A stretch of DNA of 64,000 bases from an uncultured Acidobacteriota bacterium (lineage in GTDB: Bacteria > Acidobacteriota > Vicinamibacteria > Vicinamibacterales > CAVVIG01), in NCBI GenBank assembly GCA_963840225.1, contig CAWIYH010000002.1:519934-583933 (forward strand). Direction: 5' to 3'. Below the pieces are notes generated by a model. The model saw only the letters and a program-made list of their open reading frames with translations. It ran no database searches and was not told the origin of the DNA. Within the stretch, counting starts at the first letter, position 1. Every line of letters begins with the position of its first letter. Position numbers and translations under genes: made by a program. This document shows, piece by piece, positions 26,292-39,396 of this stretch.

Positions 26292-26660
26292 CTACTTCTC
26301 CGCGTTCCCCGTGGCGGGCGCCTTCTGGCTCTCGAGAAAGGCCACCAGCGACTCGACCTGATCCGTCGACAGATGAAGCTGCTTCATCGCCGGCGTGCGG
26401 GTCGCCTTGGCCTTCGCGCGCATTTCGTCCGGATTCGTCAGCCATTGCCGGATGTCATCGATCTTCAGCTTCGCGCCGACCCCGTCGAGCGGGCCCTTCC
26501 TGTTCCCCTTCGTTCCCACCGAGTGGCACATCACGCAGTGCTGCGAGCTGAAGAGCGCCGCGCCCTGCTGCACCTTCGCCGCGCCCTGCGCGGCGACCGG
26601 CAGGGCCGGCGACAGACAGACACCGGTGGCGACGGCCAATGTGGCGAGCGTGCGAATCAT
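26292..26660 (-). CDS. Monoheme class I c-type cytochrome
   Basis: 122 aa from ATG 26660, with GAGGGA upstream. Has a signal peptide, a single CVMCH motif and a distal Met candidate in TPAMKQ. Confidence 0.85.
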   Translation of the reverse strand: MIRTLATLAVATGVCLSPALPVAAQGAAKVQQGAALFSSQHCVMCHSVGTKGNRKGPLDGVGAKLKIDDIRQWLTNPDEMRAKAKATRTPAMKQLHLSTDQVESLVAFLESQKAPATGNAEK

Positions 26661-26879
26661 GACGGTTCCCTCTGGTAGGAGTGTCTCCGGCGGCTCCTGA
26701 AGGAGCCGTGCCCAGCCGCAGAGCAAAGTCGACGCCACCGCAGAGGAGCGGCGATCTCGGCCGAAAATCCGAACGCCGGTCGGCTCGCCGCACCGCGGCC
26801 GCGCGTCCTGCCGGAAATCCGGTAGACCCCATGCCGCCGATCCGACGACCATGCGCGTGACCCCAAAAGATCCGGATCG

Positions 26880-29533
26880 TCAATTCGACGTCTTGGTGCC
26901 GGTGCCGTCGCGCGCCGACAGATAGAGCGCGTTGAACAGCATCGGGAACGTCGCGTGCGTCTGCGCCCGGTGCTGCGGCCGGAGACCGAACAGCACGACC
27001 CGGCCGGGGTGCATGTCGACCGAGACCACCGCGGCGCGGCCCGTCATGTACTCCTCGCCCTTCAGCCAGCCCGACGCGACGACGTCGGCGTTCGGATACC
27101 GGGCCACGACCGTCGTCGTCTGCGACGCGAAGCCCTCGCTCAGACTGAAGAAGGGGCTGTTGATGTAGAACCCGTAGGTCTCGGGCGACATGCCGTACCC
27201 GATAGGGTTCGCGGTGTCCACCTCCACCTTGAGGATCGCGCCGGGCGCGAAGTGCTGGTCGCGCGTCAGCCCCTTCTTGAGATCCCTGACCGGGATCGGC
27301 AGCTTCTCGATGGCGAGGTCGCACGCGTTACCCAGCGCGATCAGCGTTCCGCCGTCGGCGACGAAGGCCTTCAGCTGTTCCAGGCCCTCGTCGCCGATGC
27401 CGCCGCGGTATCGGGGCGGATCGCGGGCGCGTCGAAGCCGTTCAGGATGTCGCGGGGACTCTGATCGGCGAGGATGATCGCGTCGAAGCGCTGGCGGAGC
27501 TTGCCCGCCTTGATGTCGGCGTTGTGAATCGGCGTGTTGGCGAAGCCGTACTGCTCGAGGACCCAGCGCGTCCACCCTTCGTCCATGTTGCCGCCGGTCC
27601 ACGGCTGGTACATCCCGATCCGCGGCGCATGAAATGCGATGGCGCCGAGGCTGGAGGCTGGAGGCTGGGGACTGGGACTGGACGTCACGTGGAGGCCGTA
27701 GTCCTTCGCGACCTGCTCCAGCTTCCCGGCGGCGACGTTCGTCGCCAGGACGTGCGACGGCGCGTCGAACGCGAGGTGGGCGCCGTCCTTGAGGAGCCGG
27801 TTCATCGCCGCCGCGGTGTCGGGCCCCTTGTACTCGAATCCGAACCGCGAGCCGCCGCCTTTGACCTCGCCCGGGAGCCCCGGCAGATCGGTGACGGCGG
27901 TCATCTTCAGCCCGCCCGGCAGCGGCTTGTGGACGAACACGCTGTCGACGCCGAGGAGCATGCCGAGCGACCAGGCCGTCACGTCGTACGGCGGCTCGGG
28001 CGGCTCGTTCGGGGCGCGTCGCACCTCGGGGTACGTCTGCTTCTCGAGCATGTCCTTCGCGTATCGCGCGAACACCTGGTTCATCGGGATGACGAACGTC
28101 CCGGCGTCGTACGACTGGCCGTCGGCTTCGAAGGGCGCGTCGGCGCGATACACGTCGACGCCGCCCAGGTGCAGCCGGTCCACGAGGTGCGCCGCCTCGC
28201 GCGGGTCGTGCTGGCCGGCGAGCGGAACGAGGATCGCCGAGGGGTTGCTGGTCCTGCCGTTTTCGACGGTGAGCCGGTTCACGTCGTAGATCTGGCGGTT
28301 GATGGTCTCGCGCTCGTCGGCCACGGTCCGGAGCAGGGCCATGGTCGCGATCATCTCGTAGTCCACGATGTCGTGGAGCGTCCAGTGGCCGCCCATCCAC
28401 GGCCGCGGATACTCCGTCCGGGAGTTGATGTCGGTCGGCGGTGGCAGCGGCTTGTTGTCGAAGGTCCGGAAGCCGCCCCGCCCTCCCCCCTCCTGACGCG
28501 GCGGCGTCCGGCCCGGTACGGCCATCTCCTGATCGATCGGCGCCGCGACGCGAACGCTCGCGACCTCGGTGAGGAGCCCCACCTCGTTGTGCCACCACCC
28601 GCTCCACGCCATCGCGCCTTCCCAGAAGTTCGTGTAGGTGGAGTTGTAGATGATGCCGCTCTTGCCGGCCGCTTCGAGCGCCGCCGCCTGCGACTGGCCG
28701 AGGATGCCGTTCCACCGGTAGATCACCGGATGGACGTTCATGTTGATCGGGTCGGTGGCCGGCATCGTGAAAATGCGCGGGCCGTTGCTGCCCATCTGAT
28801 GCTCGTCGAGCCACACGGTCGGGAACCAGTCGTGCCACAGCAGCTGCGCCGTGTACTGGCTCTCCTTCTGCGTGAACATGTACATGTCGCGATTGTTGTC
28901 GTGGCCGACGTAGGGGTGATAGAGGAACGGGATCGGGCTCGGCTCGTAGGGGGTGCCGACGTTCTTGTTGAACCAGTCGGTCACCATGATCTGTCCGTCC
29001 GGATTCAGGCTCGGCACGAGGAGGAAGATCACGTTGTCGAGGATCTTCTTCACGTCGGGCGAGTCATCGGTCGCCAGCCGGTGCACGAGCTCGACCGACA
29101 TCTGCGACGCCCCGATCTCGGTCGCGTGGATGCTGCAGGTGATGAGGAGCACCAGCTTGCCCTGCCTGAAGATCTCGTCGCGCTCGGCGTCGGTCGGCGC
29201 GCCGCCCTGGAAGTAAAGCTTCCGCTCCATCGCCTTGTACTTGTCGAGGTTCTTCAGGGTGTCGGCCGAGCTGATCTCGAGGACGATGAACGGATTGCCG
29301 TTCGAGGTCTTGCCCAGCTCCCGGTAGCGCACGCGGTCGGAGTCGACGGCCGCCAGCTTCATGTACTCGACGATCTTGTCCCAGCGAAGCAGCTTGTTGT
29401 CCGCGCCAATGGGGAATCCGGCGAACTGTTGCGGGGCGGGCAGCGTGGCGGCCGCGGTGAGGCGATTCGAGCCCGTGAGGCCGGCGCTCAGGGCGACGGC
29501 CACGACGAGCGTCAGCAGGCGGCGTGTGATCAT
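26880..29533 (-). pseudogene. M14-family zinc carboxypeptidase with C-terminal GATase1-like domain; one apparent missing base near 27411-27425
   Basis: The N-terminal part is in track ORF 27371-29581, from MITRRLLTLVVAVALSAG, with zinc motif CSIHATEIG. The C-terminal part is in ORF 26880-28838 (PPRYRGGIGDEGLEQLKAFVADGGTLIALGNACD...). 2654 nt plus 1 nt = 885 codons. Confidence 0.85.
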
Positions 29534-29634
29534 GGCGCTCTTCTCCAGCCCGAAACTATAACCCAAGCCAAGCAGTGACAACGATTTACAAACCGACGCC
29601 GTTCCCCCGTGGTAAGTACTGGGCGGTCAACGCC

Positions 29635-30811
29635 ATGCCCCAGTCCCTGAGATATCAGAGCCGGATGGACGCCGTCCAGGCGCCGATCGTCCCGGTCATC
29701 GGCCAGATCATCCGCCAGGTTCCGGACACCATCTCGCTCGGACAGGGCGCGGTGCACTACGGCCCGCCGCGCGAGGCCATCGAGGCGGCGCGGCAGGCGC
29801 TCGGCGACCCGGCCACGCACGAGTACCAGCCGGGCGACGGGCTGCCGGCGCTCGTCGCGCGGCTCGAGCGCAAGCTCGCCCGGGAAAACGGCATCGACGT
29901 CGCCCGCGGCAGCCGCGTGATGGTGACGGCCGGGGCGAACATGGCGTTCGTGCACGCCGTGCTCGCCGTCACCGAGCCCGGCGACGAGGTCATCCTGCCG
30001 GTCCCGTTCTATTTCAACCACGAGATGGCGATCGAGATGGCCGGTTGCCGGGCGGTGCGCGTCCCGACCGACGAGCGGTACCAGCTCCGGCTCGATGCCC
30101 TCGCCACCGCCGTCACGGACCGCACCCGTGCCATCGTCACGGTGTCGCCGAACAATCCGAGCGGTGCGGTGTTCACCGAAGCCTCGCTGCGCGCCGTCAA
30201 CACGCTCTGCCGCGAGCGCGGCCTGTATCACCTCGCCGACGAGGTGTACCAGGTACTTCACCTACGGCCGGGCGACGCACGTGTCGCCGGGGTCGTTTCC
30301 CGACGCCGCCGAGCACACGATCTCGATGTATTCGCTGTCGAAGGCGTACGGCTTCGCCGGATGGCGCATCGGGTACATGGCGTATCCCGCGCATCTCGAG
30401 GCGGCGATGTCGAAGGCGCAGGACACCATTCTGGTCTGTCCGACGGTCATCTCGCAGATTGCCGCCGCGGCGGCGCTCGACGCCGGCCGGGCGTACGCGG
30501 CGCCGTACGTGACCGAGCTCGCTTTGATCCACGACGATGTCGTCGCCCGCCTGGCGGATCTCGCGCCGCTGGCGACGGTGCCCGCCGCCGAGGGCGCGTT
30601 CTACGTGCTGCTGAGGGTCCACACCGGCCTCGATCCGATGCGGCTGGCCGAGCGTCTGATCCGCGAGCACAAGGTCGCCGTGATGCCCGGTCCCGCCTTC
30701 GGCATGACCGACGGATGCTACTTCCGCGTCGCGTACGGCTCCCTCAGGAAGGACACGGTGGCCGAAGGCGTCGGACGGCTCGTCGGCGGCCTCCGCGCGA
30801 TTCTCGGCTGA
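29635..30811 (+). pseudogene. Class I/II PLP-dependent aminotransferase; apparent 1-nt insertion at about 30253
   Basis: The N-terminal part is in ORF 29575-32028 (...VTVSPNNPSGAVF...LADEVYQ). The C-terminal part is in ORF 30095-30811 (YFTYG...ISMYSLSKAYGFAGWRIGY, containing the PLP lysine). 1177 nt minus 1 nt = 392 codons. Confidence 0.88.
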
Positions 30812-30822
30812 CCCGTTCGGCG

Positions 30823-32127
30823 CTACCGGGACGCCTTGTCGCGGTACATCCGCTGGTCGGCGTCGTGGAGGAGCGGCAACAGATCGGTGGTGCCGGCCGG
30901 CACCTCCGCCCACCCGACGCTCAGCCCGAGACCGGGCGGCACATCCGAGATTTCCCCCGCGGTGGCGAACGCCACCTTGAGCGCGGTCGCCTTGCGCCGC
31001 GCTTCGTCCCCCGAGCAGGTGATCAGCACGAGGAACTCGTCGCCCCCCCACCTGAAGATGTAATCCGCCTCGCGGATCCGGCCCTTCAGGAAGCGGGCGA
31101 CGAACTGCAGGACGCGGTCGCCGGCGTCGTGGCCCAGGGTGTCGTTGATCCGCTTGAACTGGTTCACGTCGATGAACAGGAGCGAGAGCGGCAGGTCGAA
31201 ACGGGCGTGGCGCTGCAGCTCGCGGTCGATGACCTGGTCGAGAAAGCGGCGGTTGTGGCACCCGGTCAACGGATCGGTGATGGCCGCCTGCAGCAGCTCC
31301 TCCTGGGCCGCCTCGAGGCGCCGGTTCGTCACCCGCAGCTCGTAGGTCATGTCCTCGAAGATGAAGAGGTGGATGCCGGCCGCGGCGCAGGCGTACAGGA
31401 TGCCGTTCAGGACCATCACGAGCGTGAACGGGTTGCTCACGGCCCTCTGCGACAGCGCGTACGCCGTCGTCATGCTCGAGACGGCGAGACCGAACAGGAC
31501 GAAGGCCACCAGGCCAGCGCCGATCATGCGGCGCTCGATCAGCACGGCCACGTACATCGAACCCGCGCCGACGAGCAAGGCCGTCTGGATTATGTAGCCG
31601 GGCGTCATCACGGCGCCGGTGCCGAGCACGAGCGGCGCGCAGAGAAACCACGCGGCCAGCGCCGCGATGCCGCGCAGGCGCTTCGTGTCGATGTAGCCGG
31701 TCTGCCGGTAGACGTCGGCGCTCCACAGGAACAGAGTGGCCGTACAGATGCCCAGCCACTGCGACAGGCCTGCGGCCGCGCGGCCCGCCAGGGGACTGGT
31801 GTAGTCGCGCGCCACGACGAGCATCGCCGGGGCGATCAGCAGCCAGCCGGCCGCCCAGAGGAGGATGAAGAGCTGACGCCGGTGGGCGTACTGGAGCAGG
31901 AGCAGGCCGCAGACGACGAGCGCGGCGACCGCCGTCGCGCGGCGCGGTGCGACGGCAACCGGGGCCGGATTGGGCACCCCTTCCGGCGGGGCGGCGCGCG
32001 GGATGCCGGCGCCAGCGACTGGCGGTGAAGCGGGCGGCTGCAACGCCGGCACGCCGGAGAGCGCCAGCGCGGAGAGCGCCAGCCCGACCGCGGCCAACCG
32101 ACGCACGAAGGGCATGACGGCCGTCAT
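30823..32127 (-). CDS. Membrane-bound diguanylate cyclase (multi-TM sensor plus GGDEF domain)
   Basis: About 6-7 TM helices, then DPLTGCHNRRF...LLFIDVNQFKRINDTLGHDAGD...RWGGDEFLV. The start is uncertain (ATG 32127 or 32115). Confidence 0.88.
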   Translation of the reverse strand: MTAVMPFVRRLAAVGLALSALALSGVPALQPPASPPVAGAGIPRAAPPEGVPNPAPVAVAPRRATAVAALVVCGLLLLQYAHRRQLFILLWAAGWLLIAPAMLVVARDYTSPLAGRAAAGLSQWLGICTATLFLWSADVYRQTGYIDTKRLRGIAALAAWFLCAPLVLGTGAVMTPGYIIQTALLVGAGSMYVAVLIERRMIGAGLVAFVLFGLAVSSMTTAYALSQRAVSNPFTLVMVLNGILYACAAAGIHLFIFEDMTYELRVTNRRLEAAQEELLQAAITDPLTGCHNRRFLDQVIDRELQRHARFDLPLSLLFIDVNQFKRINDTLGHDAGDRVLQFVARFLKGRIREADYIFRWGGDEFLVLITCSGDEARRKATALKVAFATAGEISDVPPGLGLSVGWAEVPAGTTDLLPLLHDADQRMYRDKASR

Positions 32128-32162
32128 AGGACGCGCAAGGCAGCGAGAGTACGCTGCCGTCA

Positions 32163-33188
32163 ATGGCCAGACGAGTGTACTCTCGGCGGCAGCCCGACGG
32201 CACGCCTCTCCTGCGGCGGGGCATCCCGTGCGGCTTCCTGCTGCTGAACCTGTGGATTGGCGCCCGTTTCTACCTCTTCGTCCGCTACTGGGAGACCGGG
32301 GGGCAGTCGATCGACGTCCCGCGACCGCCGGGGGTCGAGGGCTGGTTGCCGATCACCGGCCTGATGAACCTCAAGTACGTCCTGGCCACGGGCGCCTGGC
32401 CGGAGGTGCACGCGGCCGGCTTTGCGCTGTTCGTCGCCTTCCTGGCCATCTCCCTCGTGTTCCGGAAGGCCTTCTGCAGCTGGCTGTGCCCGATCGGCAC
32501 ACTGTCGGAATGGCTGTGGGAGGGCGGGCGGGAGCTCTTCGGTCGGATCTGGACGCCGCCCCGCTGGATCGACGTGCCGCTGCGCGCGCCGAAGTACATC
32601 CTGCTCGGCCTGTTCGCATACGCGGTCCTCGGCATGTCGAGCGTGGAGATCGCCGGATTTCTGCGGAGCCCGTACGGCCTCATCGCCGACGTCAAGCTGC
32701 TGGACTTCTTTCGCACGCTGAGCATGACGGCCGCCCTCGTCATCCTGCTGTTCGTGGTCGCGTCGGTGTTTCTGAAGAACCCGTGGTGCCGGTATTTCTG
32801 TCCGTACGGCGCGCTGCTCGGGCTCGTGTCGATGTTCAGTCCGGTTCGCATCGTGCGGAATCCGGTCAGCTGCATCGACTGCGACAAGTGCACGAAGGCG
32901 TGCCCTTCGCTCATCCCGGTTGCGGCTCTGGGGAGCGTGCGGACGCCGGAGTGCACCGGTTGCTACGAGTGCGTGGCGGCGTGCCTGGTAGCCGACGCGC
33001 TGGAGCTCCGGCTCATGCCGGCTCGCCGCGCGCTGCCGAAGCGCGCGCTCGCCCTGGGGATCGCGGCGCTTTTCCTCCTGATCGTCGGCTATGCGCGGGT
33101 CACCGGCCACTGGTATCCGCGGCTGCCCCAGTACGTCTACATGAATTTGATTCCCGAGGCCGAAGCGGTGGCTCATCCCGGACGATAG
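32163..33188 (+). CDS. Polytopic 4Fe-4S ferredoxin-type membrane protein (NapH/MauN-like)
   Basis: TM helices, the CSWLCPIG and CRYFCPYG motifs, and the ferredoxin boxes CIDCDKCTKACP and CTGCYECVAAC. Confidence 0.8.
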   Translation: MARRVYSRRQPDGTPLLRRGIPCGFLLLNLWIGARFYLFVRYWETGGQSIDVPRPPGVEGWLPITGLMNLKYVLATGAWPEVHAAGFALFVAFLAISLVFRKAFCSWLCPIGTLSEWLWEGGRELFGRIWTPPRWIDVPLRAPKYILLGLFAYAVLGMSSVEIAGFLRSPYGLIADVKLLDFFRTLSMTAALVILLFVVASVFLKNPWCRYFCPYGALLGLVSMFSPVRIVRNPVSCIDCDKCTKACPSLIPVAALGSVRTPECTGCYECVAACLVADALELRLMPARRALPKRALALGIAALFLLIVGYARVTGHWYPRLPQYVYMNLIPEAEAVAHPGR

Positions 33189-33238
33189 CCGCGCGACGGG
33201 CTGGCGCCAGGCACCGAGGGCATGAGGGACCGCGGCGG

Positions 33239-34942
33239 CTACTTCACGCTCGGCACGCCCGCCGGCACGATCTGCGGCTTGCTCGACGTGCCGCCGATGT
33301 GGAACGGGACGCGAATCGTGCCGACGTTCCGACGCAGCGCTCCGGAGACCGCGCCCCTCGCCGCGCTCTTCAGCATCGACAGGGGATTCGAGGGCTGCTG
33401 CGGCGCGTCCGGCGCCGATCCCTGCTCGCCAGGCTGATAAACGGCCGTGCCCTTGTAGTCGAGCGTGCCGTCGAAGCCGGCGCTGCCCTGCAGGGTGACG
33501 TCAAGCCCCTGGCCGTCGAGCGCAATCTGGTTGCTCGAGATCCGCCGGTTCGCGATGCGGTAGTCACCCGTGAGGCTGGTGAAGTGCGTGTCGCCCTGGG
33601 GCACGTCCAGCTGCAACAAGGTATTCATCTTCGCCAGCGCCGCCTGCATGTTGAGCCCGGGGAACGTCCCGTTCCGAACGGCCAACCGGCCGGTGCCGGC
33701 GAGCGAGCGATCGAGGCTCGAGGGTGACGCCCGGAGGTCGCCCGTCAGCTCGAGCGTGCCGCTGAGCGACGTCTTCCCGCCGTTTCCGTAGGCCTGGAGC
33801 GCCTGCGCGACGTCGATGCCCTTCGCCTCCAGCGTCAGCCGAAGGCCCTGGGCCGCGGACGTATCGACCGTTGCCGAGCCGTTGACCAATCCGCCGTACG
33901 CCCGGAACGAGAACGGGTCGAGGCTCGAGCGCCCGCCGAGCGCCATCCTCGCCGTGAACTGGCGCGCCTCAAGGCCCGCGGCCTTCAGCGTGCCGATCTT
34001 CAGGGTTCCGCTGACGATCGGCTCGGCGCCGGAGGACGGCGATCCAGCGGTCTGACCGCCGCCGGCGACCAGCGCGCCGAGCGCCGCCGCGTCGACGGTC
34101 GGGATGTCGAGGTCGAGTCCGACCTTGGGATTCGCGATGTCGGGCACGCGAAGCTGTCCCTTCATCGAGATGTCCCGGAGCCGCGCGTCGAAGCTCCCCT
34201 TGACGCCGCCCGATTCCACGACGATCTCGCCGGATGAAAACTGGAGCGGCGCCGTCAGCGCGGCGGCCGCCACCGATGCGCCGTCCAGCCCCACCACGAC
34301 GCGCAGGTGCTTCATCAGGTCGGGCTGACCGATCGCCGACAGGTTCTCGAGCCTCGCCGAGAGGCCCGAGATCGTCGCCACCGGCGTGATCTTCAGGCCC
34401 GGGCCGAATGAGTTGATGACCACCGCCACCGGACTCGCCGCGATGGGCGCGCCCGGCTCGAAGGAAAACGGAGGCTCGGCGTCTTCCGCGGCCGGCGCAG
34501 GCTCGTCACGTGGCGCCGTCCCGCCTTGCGCGCCCGCGCGTCCGCTCCCGCCCTGCACCGGCACGGCGGGAATGGCGTTCGCCCGCACATCCTTCAGCGT
34601 CAGCCCCGTCACGTGGACGTGCTTCCGCAGGAGCGGCGCGATCGCGACGTCGAGATCGGTGCGCCCGACCGACAGCAGTTCGCCGCCCGGCAGTCCGGGC
34701 GGAGTCCTCAGCCTGAGATCGTCCACCTCGAGGTGGACGGTCGGGAGCAGCTTCAGGTGCAGGCCACCGATTTCGACACGGTACCCGGTGCGCTCCTGGA
34801 TGGCAGAGACGATGGTCGGTCTGAAGCTGTCGACCGGGACGAGAAAGGCAGCCAGCAGAAGAACGACGATCACGACGACGACCGCCAGGGCGGCGATCGT
34901 GAGACCGCGAGCGAGACGTCCGGCGGGGAGTGGTGTGGTCAT
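33239..34942 (-). CDS. AsmA-family protein
   Basis: N-terminal anchor LTIAALAVVVVIVVLLLAAFL followed by FRPTIVSAIQERTGYRVEIGGLHLKLLPTVHLEVDDLRL and a long beta-rich body. Confidence 0.75.
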   Translation of the reverse strand: MTTPLPAGRLARGLTIAALAVVVVIVVLLLAAFLVPVDSFRPTIVSAIQERTGYRVEIGGLHLKLLPTVHLEVDDLRLRTPPGLPGGELLSVGRTDLDVAIAPLLRKHVHVTGLTLKDVRANAIPAVPVQGGSGRAGAQGGTAPRDEPAPAAEDAEPPFSFEPGAPIAASPVAVVINSFGPGLKITPVATISGLSARLENLSAIGQPDLMKHLRVVVGLDGASVAAAALTAPLQFSSGEIVVESGGVKGSFDARLRDISMKGQLRVPDIANPKVGLDLDIPTVDAAALGALVAGGGQTAGSPSSGAEPIVSGTLKIGTLKAAGLEARQFTARMALGGRSSLDPFSFRAYGGLVNGSATVDTSAAQGLRLTLEAKGIDVAQALQAYGNGGKTSLSGTLELTGDLRASPSSLDRSLAGTGRLAVRNGTFPGLNMQAALAKMNTLLQLDVPQGDTHFTSLTGDYRIANRRISSNQIALDGQGLDVTLQGSAGFDGTLDYKGTAVYQPGEQGSAPDAPQQPSNPLSMLKSAARGAVSGALRRNVGTIRVPFHIGGTSSKPQIVPAGVPSVK

Positions 34943-35106
34943 GGCAGGCTCCTGGCCGACCTGAAGCGCGCCCCACGCCGCTCCGCTTCGGCCCGCCGCG
35001 GCCGCCGCGCGCTTGCACCTCGCGCGCTTTCGTTCGGCGTCGGGTGAAACTGCGGAAGGGCCTTACACAACGCTATGCTACTCCAAGGAGCAGTTGTGGA
35101 GGGGCC

Positions 35107-37017
<1,911 letters not shown>

Positions 37018-37322
37018 GCAGCCCGATTGTACCAACAGTCCCGGACCTCGTTAGGTAGTGTCCGGTTTCAGCCAGACCCGTTCAGCGCCACCGCCGGACG
37101 GCCCGCGGTGGCGGGACCGGACGGGCGACCGGGGCCGCGTCCGCGACCCCGGTTCGCAGGCCGGCGGACGCCGAGAGGAAGAACAGCACCACGAACGCGA
37201 GCACCTTGGGGGCGCCCGACACCGACAGCAGGAACGTCCACGGCGGTATTCGCGTGCCGTTCGCGCCGCGGGAGATGGTGCGGAACAGAGCGGTTGTCTT
37301 TTCCGGACCGCGCGGGGATCGG

Positions 37323-39380
37323 TTACTGCGTCTGGCCGCCTTTCGCCTTGAGGTACTTCGAGTACCACGCGATGTAGCGCTCGTACCGATCCTTCTGGAA
37401 ACTGGGGCGCCGGATGGCGTGGAACTCGCCCGGGTACACCACGAGCTCGGTCTGGCGTCCGAGGCGCTTCAGTCCCTGGTAGAGCTGCTCGCCGCCGATG
37501 ATCGGCACGTTGACGTCGGCGCTGCCGCCCATGACGAGCGTCGGCGTCACGATCTTGTCCATGCGGAAGAAGGGCGAGATCTTCATCCAGAGCTGCGCGT
37601 TGCGCCAGGGCAGCCCGAGCTCGCCCTCCCACTGCCGCTGGTAGTGGTCCGTGCCGTAGTTGGCCAGATAGTTGAATTCGCTCGCGCCCGACACGGCCGC
37701 TTTGAAGCGGTCGGTCCTGGAGATCACGTGATCGGTCAGAATGCCGCCGTAGCTCCAGCCGCCGACCCCGAGCCGGTCCGGATCGGCCACGCCCATGGCG
37801 ATCGCCGTGTCGACCGCCGCCATGACGTCGTCGAAGTCCTTGTTGCCCCAGTCGGCGAAGATCGCGCGGCTGAAGTCGCGGCCGTAGCCCGACGACCCGC
37901 GCGGGTTGGCAGCCACGACCGCGAATCCCTGCGCAGCGAGTAACTGCCACTCGAGCTCGAAGCCGGTCGAGAACTGGCTGACCGGACCGCCGTGGATGCG
38001 GAGGATCGTCGGCAGCTTGCGTCCCGCCGGCGCGTTCGGCGGCCGCGTGAGGAAGGCGTCGATCATGGTGCCGTCGGCGCTCTTCGCCTTGAAGCGCTCG
38101 ACCGGGCCGAGCGCGATCTTCGCCAGGAACTCGTCGTTGGTGTGCGTCAGGCGCACCGGTTCGGCGCCGCTTCGCGGTCCTCCCAGCAGATACACTTCCG
38201 CCGGACGCTGCGGCTGGCTGTCGAGAAACGCCATGTCGCCGTTCTTCGCAACGTCCAGCCGCTCCACGTCGTGCTCGCCGTCGAGGACGCGCGCGAGCGC
38301 GCCGCCCCCTGTCGGGATCCGGGCGATGTGCGTGTTGCCGCCCTCTTCGATGAGCGCGTAGACGGCGGAGCCGTCGGGCGCGAAGAACGGCCGATCGAAA
38401 TTGCGATCGACGGCCTGGGTGAGGATGCGCGGCGCGCCGCCGGCCACCGGGACGACGGCGATGTCGTTCGTGTCGTACCAGACGTCTTTGGGATCGCCCC
38501 CCTGGATGTAGGCAATCGACTTGCCGTCGGGGCTGAACGCCGGCGAGGCGTCGGCGACCGGCGAGGTGGTCACCCGCCGCGGCGTCGCGCCCGCCTTCGG
38601 CTCGACGACGAAGATGTCGGTGTTCTCGTTGCCGTCCGGGTTGTCGGTGCGGTTCGACGCGAACGCGATGAGCAATCCGTCCGGCGACCACACCGGCGGG
38701 CCGTCGTCATGTTTCGGGTCGGTCAGGATCTGCGTGTCGGTCTTCGTCGCGATGTCGAAGACGTGCAGATGCTGGCGCACGTCGTGGAGATAGCCGATGC
38801 CGTCCCGCATGAACTGCAGGCGATCGATGACGATCGGCTTCGGCTTCTTGTCGCCCTCGTCCTTGCCGTCCTTGTTCTCTTCCGGCTCGTTCGGATCCGG
38901 GTCGGACTCGATGAGCGCCAGCCTGCTGCTGTCGGGCGACCAGGCGAACGACGACACGCCGTTCTTGGAATCGGTGAGCCGCTCGGCGTCGCCGCCGCGG
39001 CGGTCCAGCCGGTACAGCTGCGTCTTCTTGTCGTCGCGCGCCGACAGGAACGCGAGGTACTTGCCGTCGGGACTCCACCGGGGCGCGGTCTCGGCCTTCT
39101 TGCCGGCGGTCAGCCTGACCGGCGTGCCACCGTCGGCCGGCACCATGTAGATGTCGGTGTCCGACTTGTCCGCCTTCTCGTCCATCGAGGAGACGGTGTA
39201 GGCAATCCAGGTTCCGTCAGGGCTGATGTGCGGGTCGCCCACGCCCTTCAGGGCGAAGATGTCGGCCGGCTGCAGCGGCCGGCGCTCCTGCGCCTGCGCC
39301 ACCCGCCCGGGCGCGCCCAGGCCGGACAACGCGAACACAACGCCGAACGCGAGCGCCCCCGCCGCGACACGTCTCGTCAT
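37323..39380 (-). CDS. S9-family serine peptidase (TolB-like beta-propeller plus prolyl oligopeptidase/acylaminoacyl-peptidase domain), secreted
   Basis: Signal peptide from ATG 39380. Repeated SPDG propeller motifs. Nucleophile elbow GGWSYGG. Confidence 0.88.
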   Translation of the reverse strand: MTRRVAAGALAFGVVFALSGLGAPGRVAQAQERRPLQPADIFALKGVGDPHISPDGTWIAYTVSSMDEKADKSDTDIYMVPADGGTPVRLTAGKKAETAPRWSPDGKYLAFLSARDDKKTQLYRLDRRGGDAERLTDSKNGVSSFAWSPDSSRLALIESDPDPNEPEENKDGKDEGDKKPKPIVIDRLQFMRDGIGYLHDVRQHLHVFDIATKTDTQILTDPKHDDGPPVWSPDGLLIAFASNRTDNPDGNENTDIFVVEPKAGATPRRVTTSPVADASPAFSPDGKSIAYIQGGDPKDVWYDTNDIAVVPVAGGAPRILTQAVDRNFDRPFFAPDGSAVYALIEEGGNTHIARIPTGGGALARVLDGEHDVERLDVAKNGDMAFLDSQPQRPAEVYLLGGPRSGAEPVRLTHTNDEFLAKIALGPVERFKAKSADGTMIDAFLTRPPNAPAGRKLPTILRIHGGPVSQFSTGFELEWQLLAAQGFAVVAANPRGSSGYGRDFSRAIFADWGNKDFDDVMAAVDTAIAMGVADPDRLGVGGWSYGGILTDHVISRTDRFKAAVSGASEFNYLANYGTDHYQRQWEGELGLPWRNAQLWMKISPFFRMDKIVTPTLVMGGSADVNVPIIGGEQLYQGLKRLGRQTELVVYPGEFHAIRRPSFQKDRYERYIAWYSKYLKAKGGQTQ

Positions 39381-39396
39381 GATGTCCTCTTCTTTA

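Noticed and set aside
37082-37222. Small hydrophobic minus-strand reading frame (...IPPWTFLLSVSGAPKVLAFVVLFFLSASAGL...) between the S9 peptidase and topoisomerase B genes
   Set aside because: There is no ATG, GTG or TTG far enough upstream to give a sensible protein, and no recognisable RBS. It cannot be supported as a gene from sequence alone.
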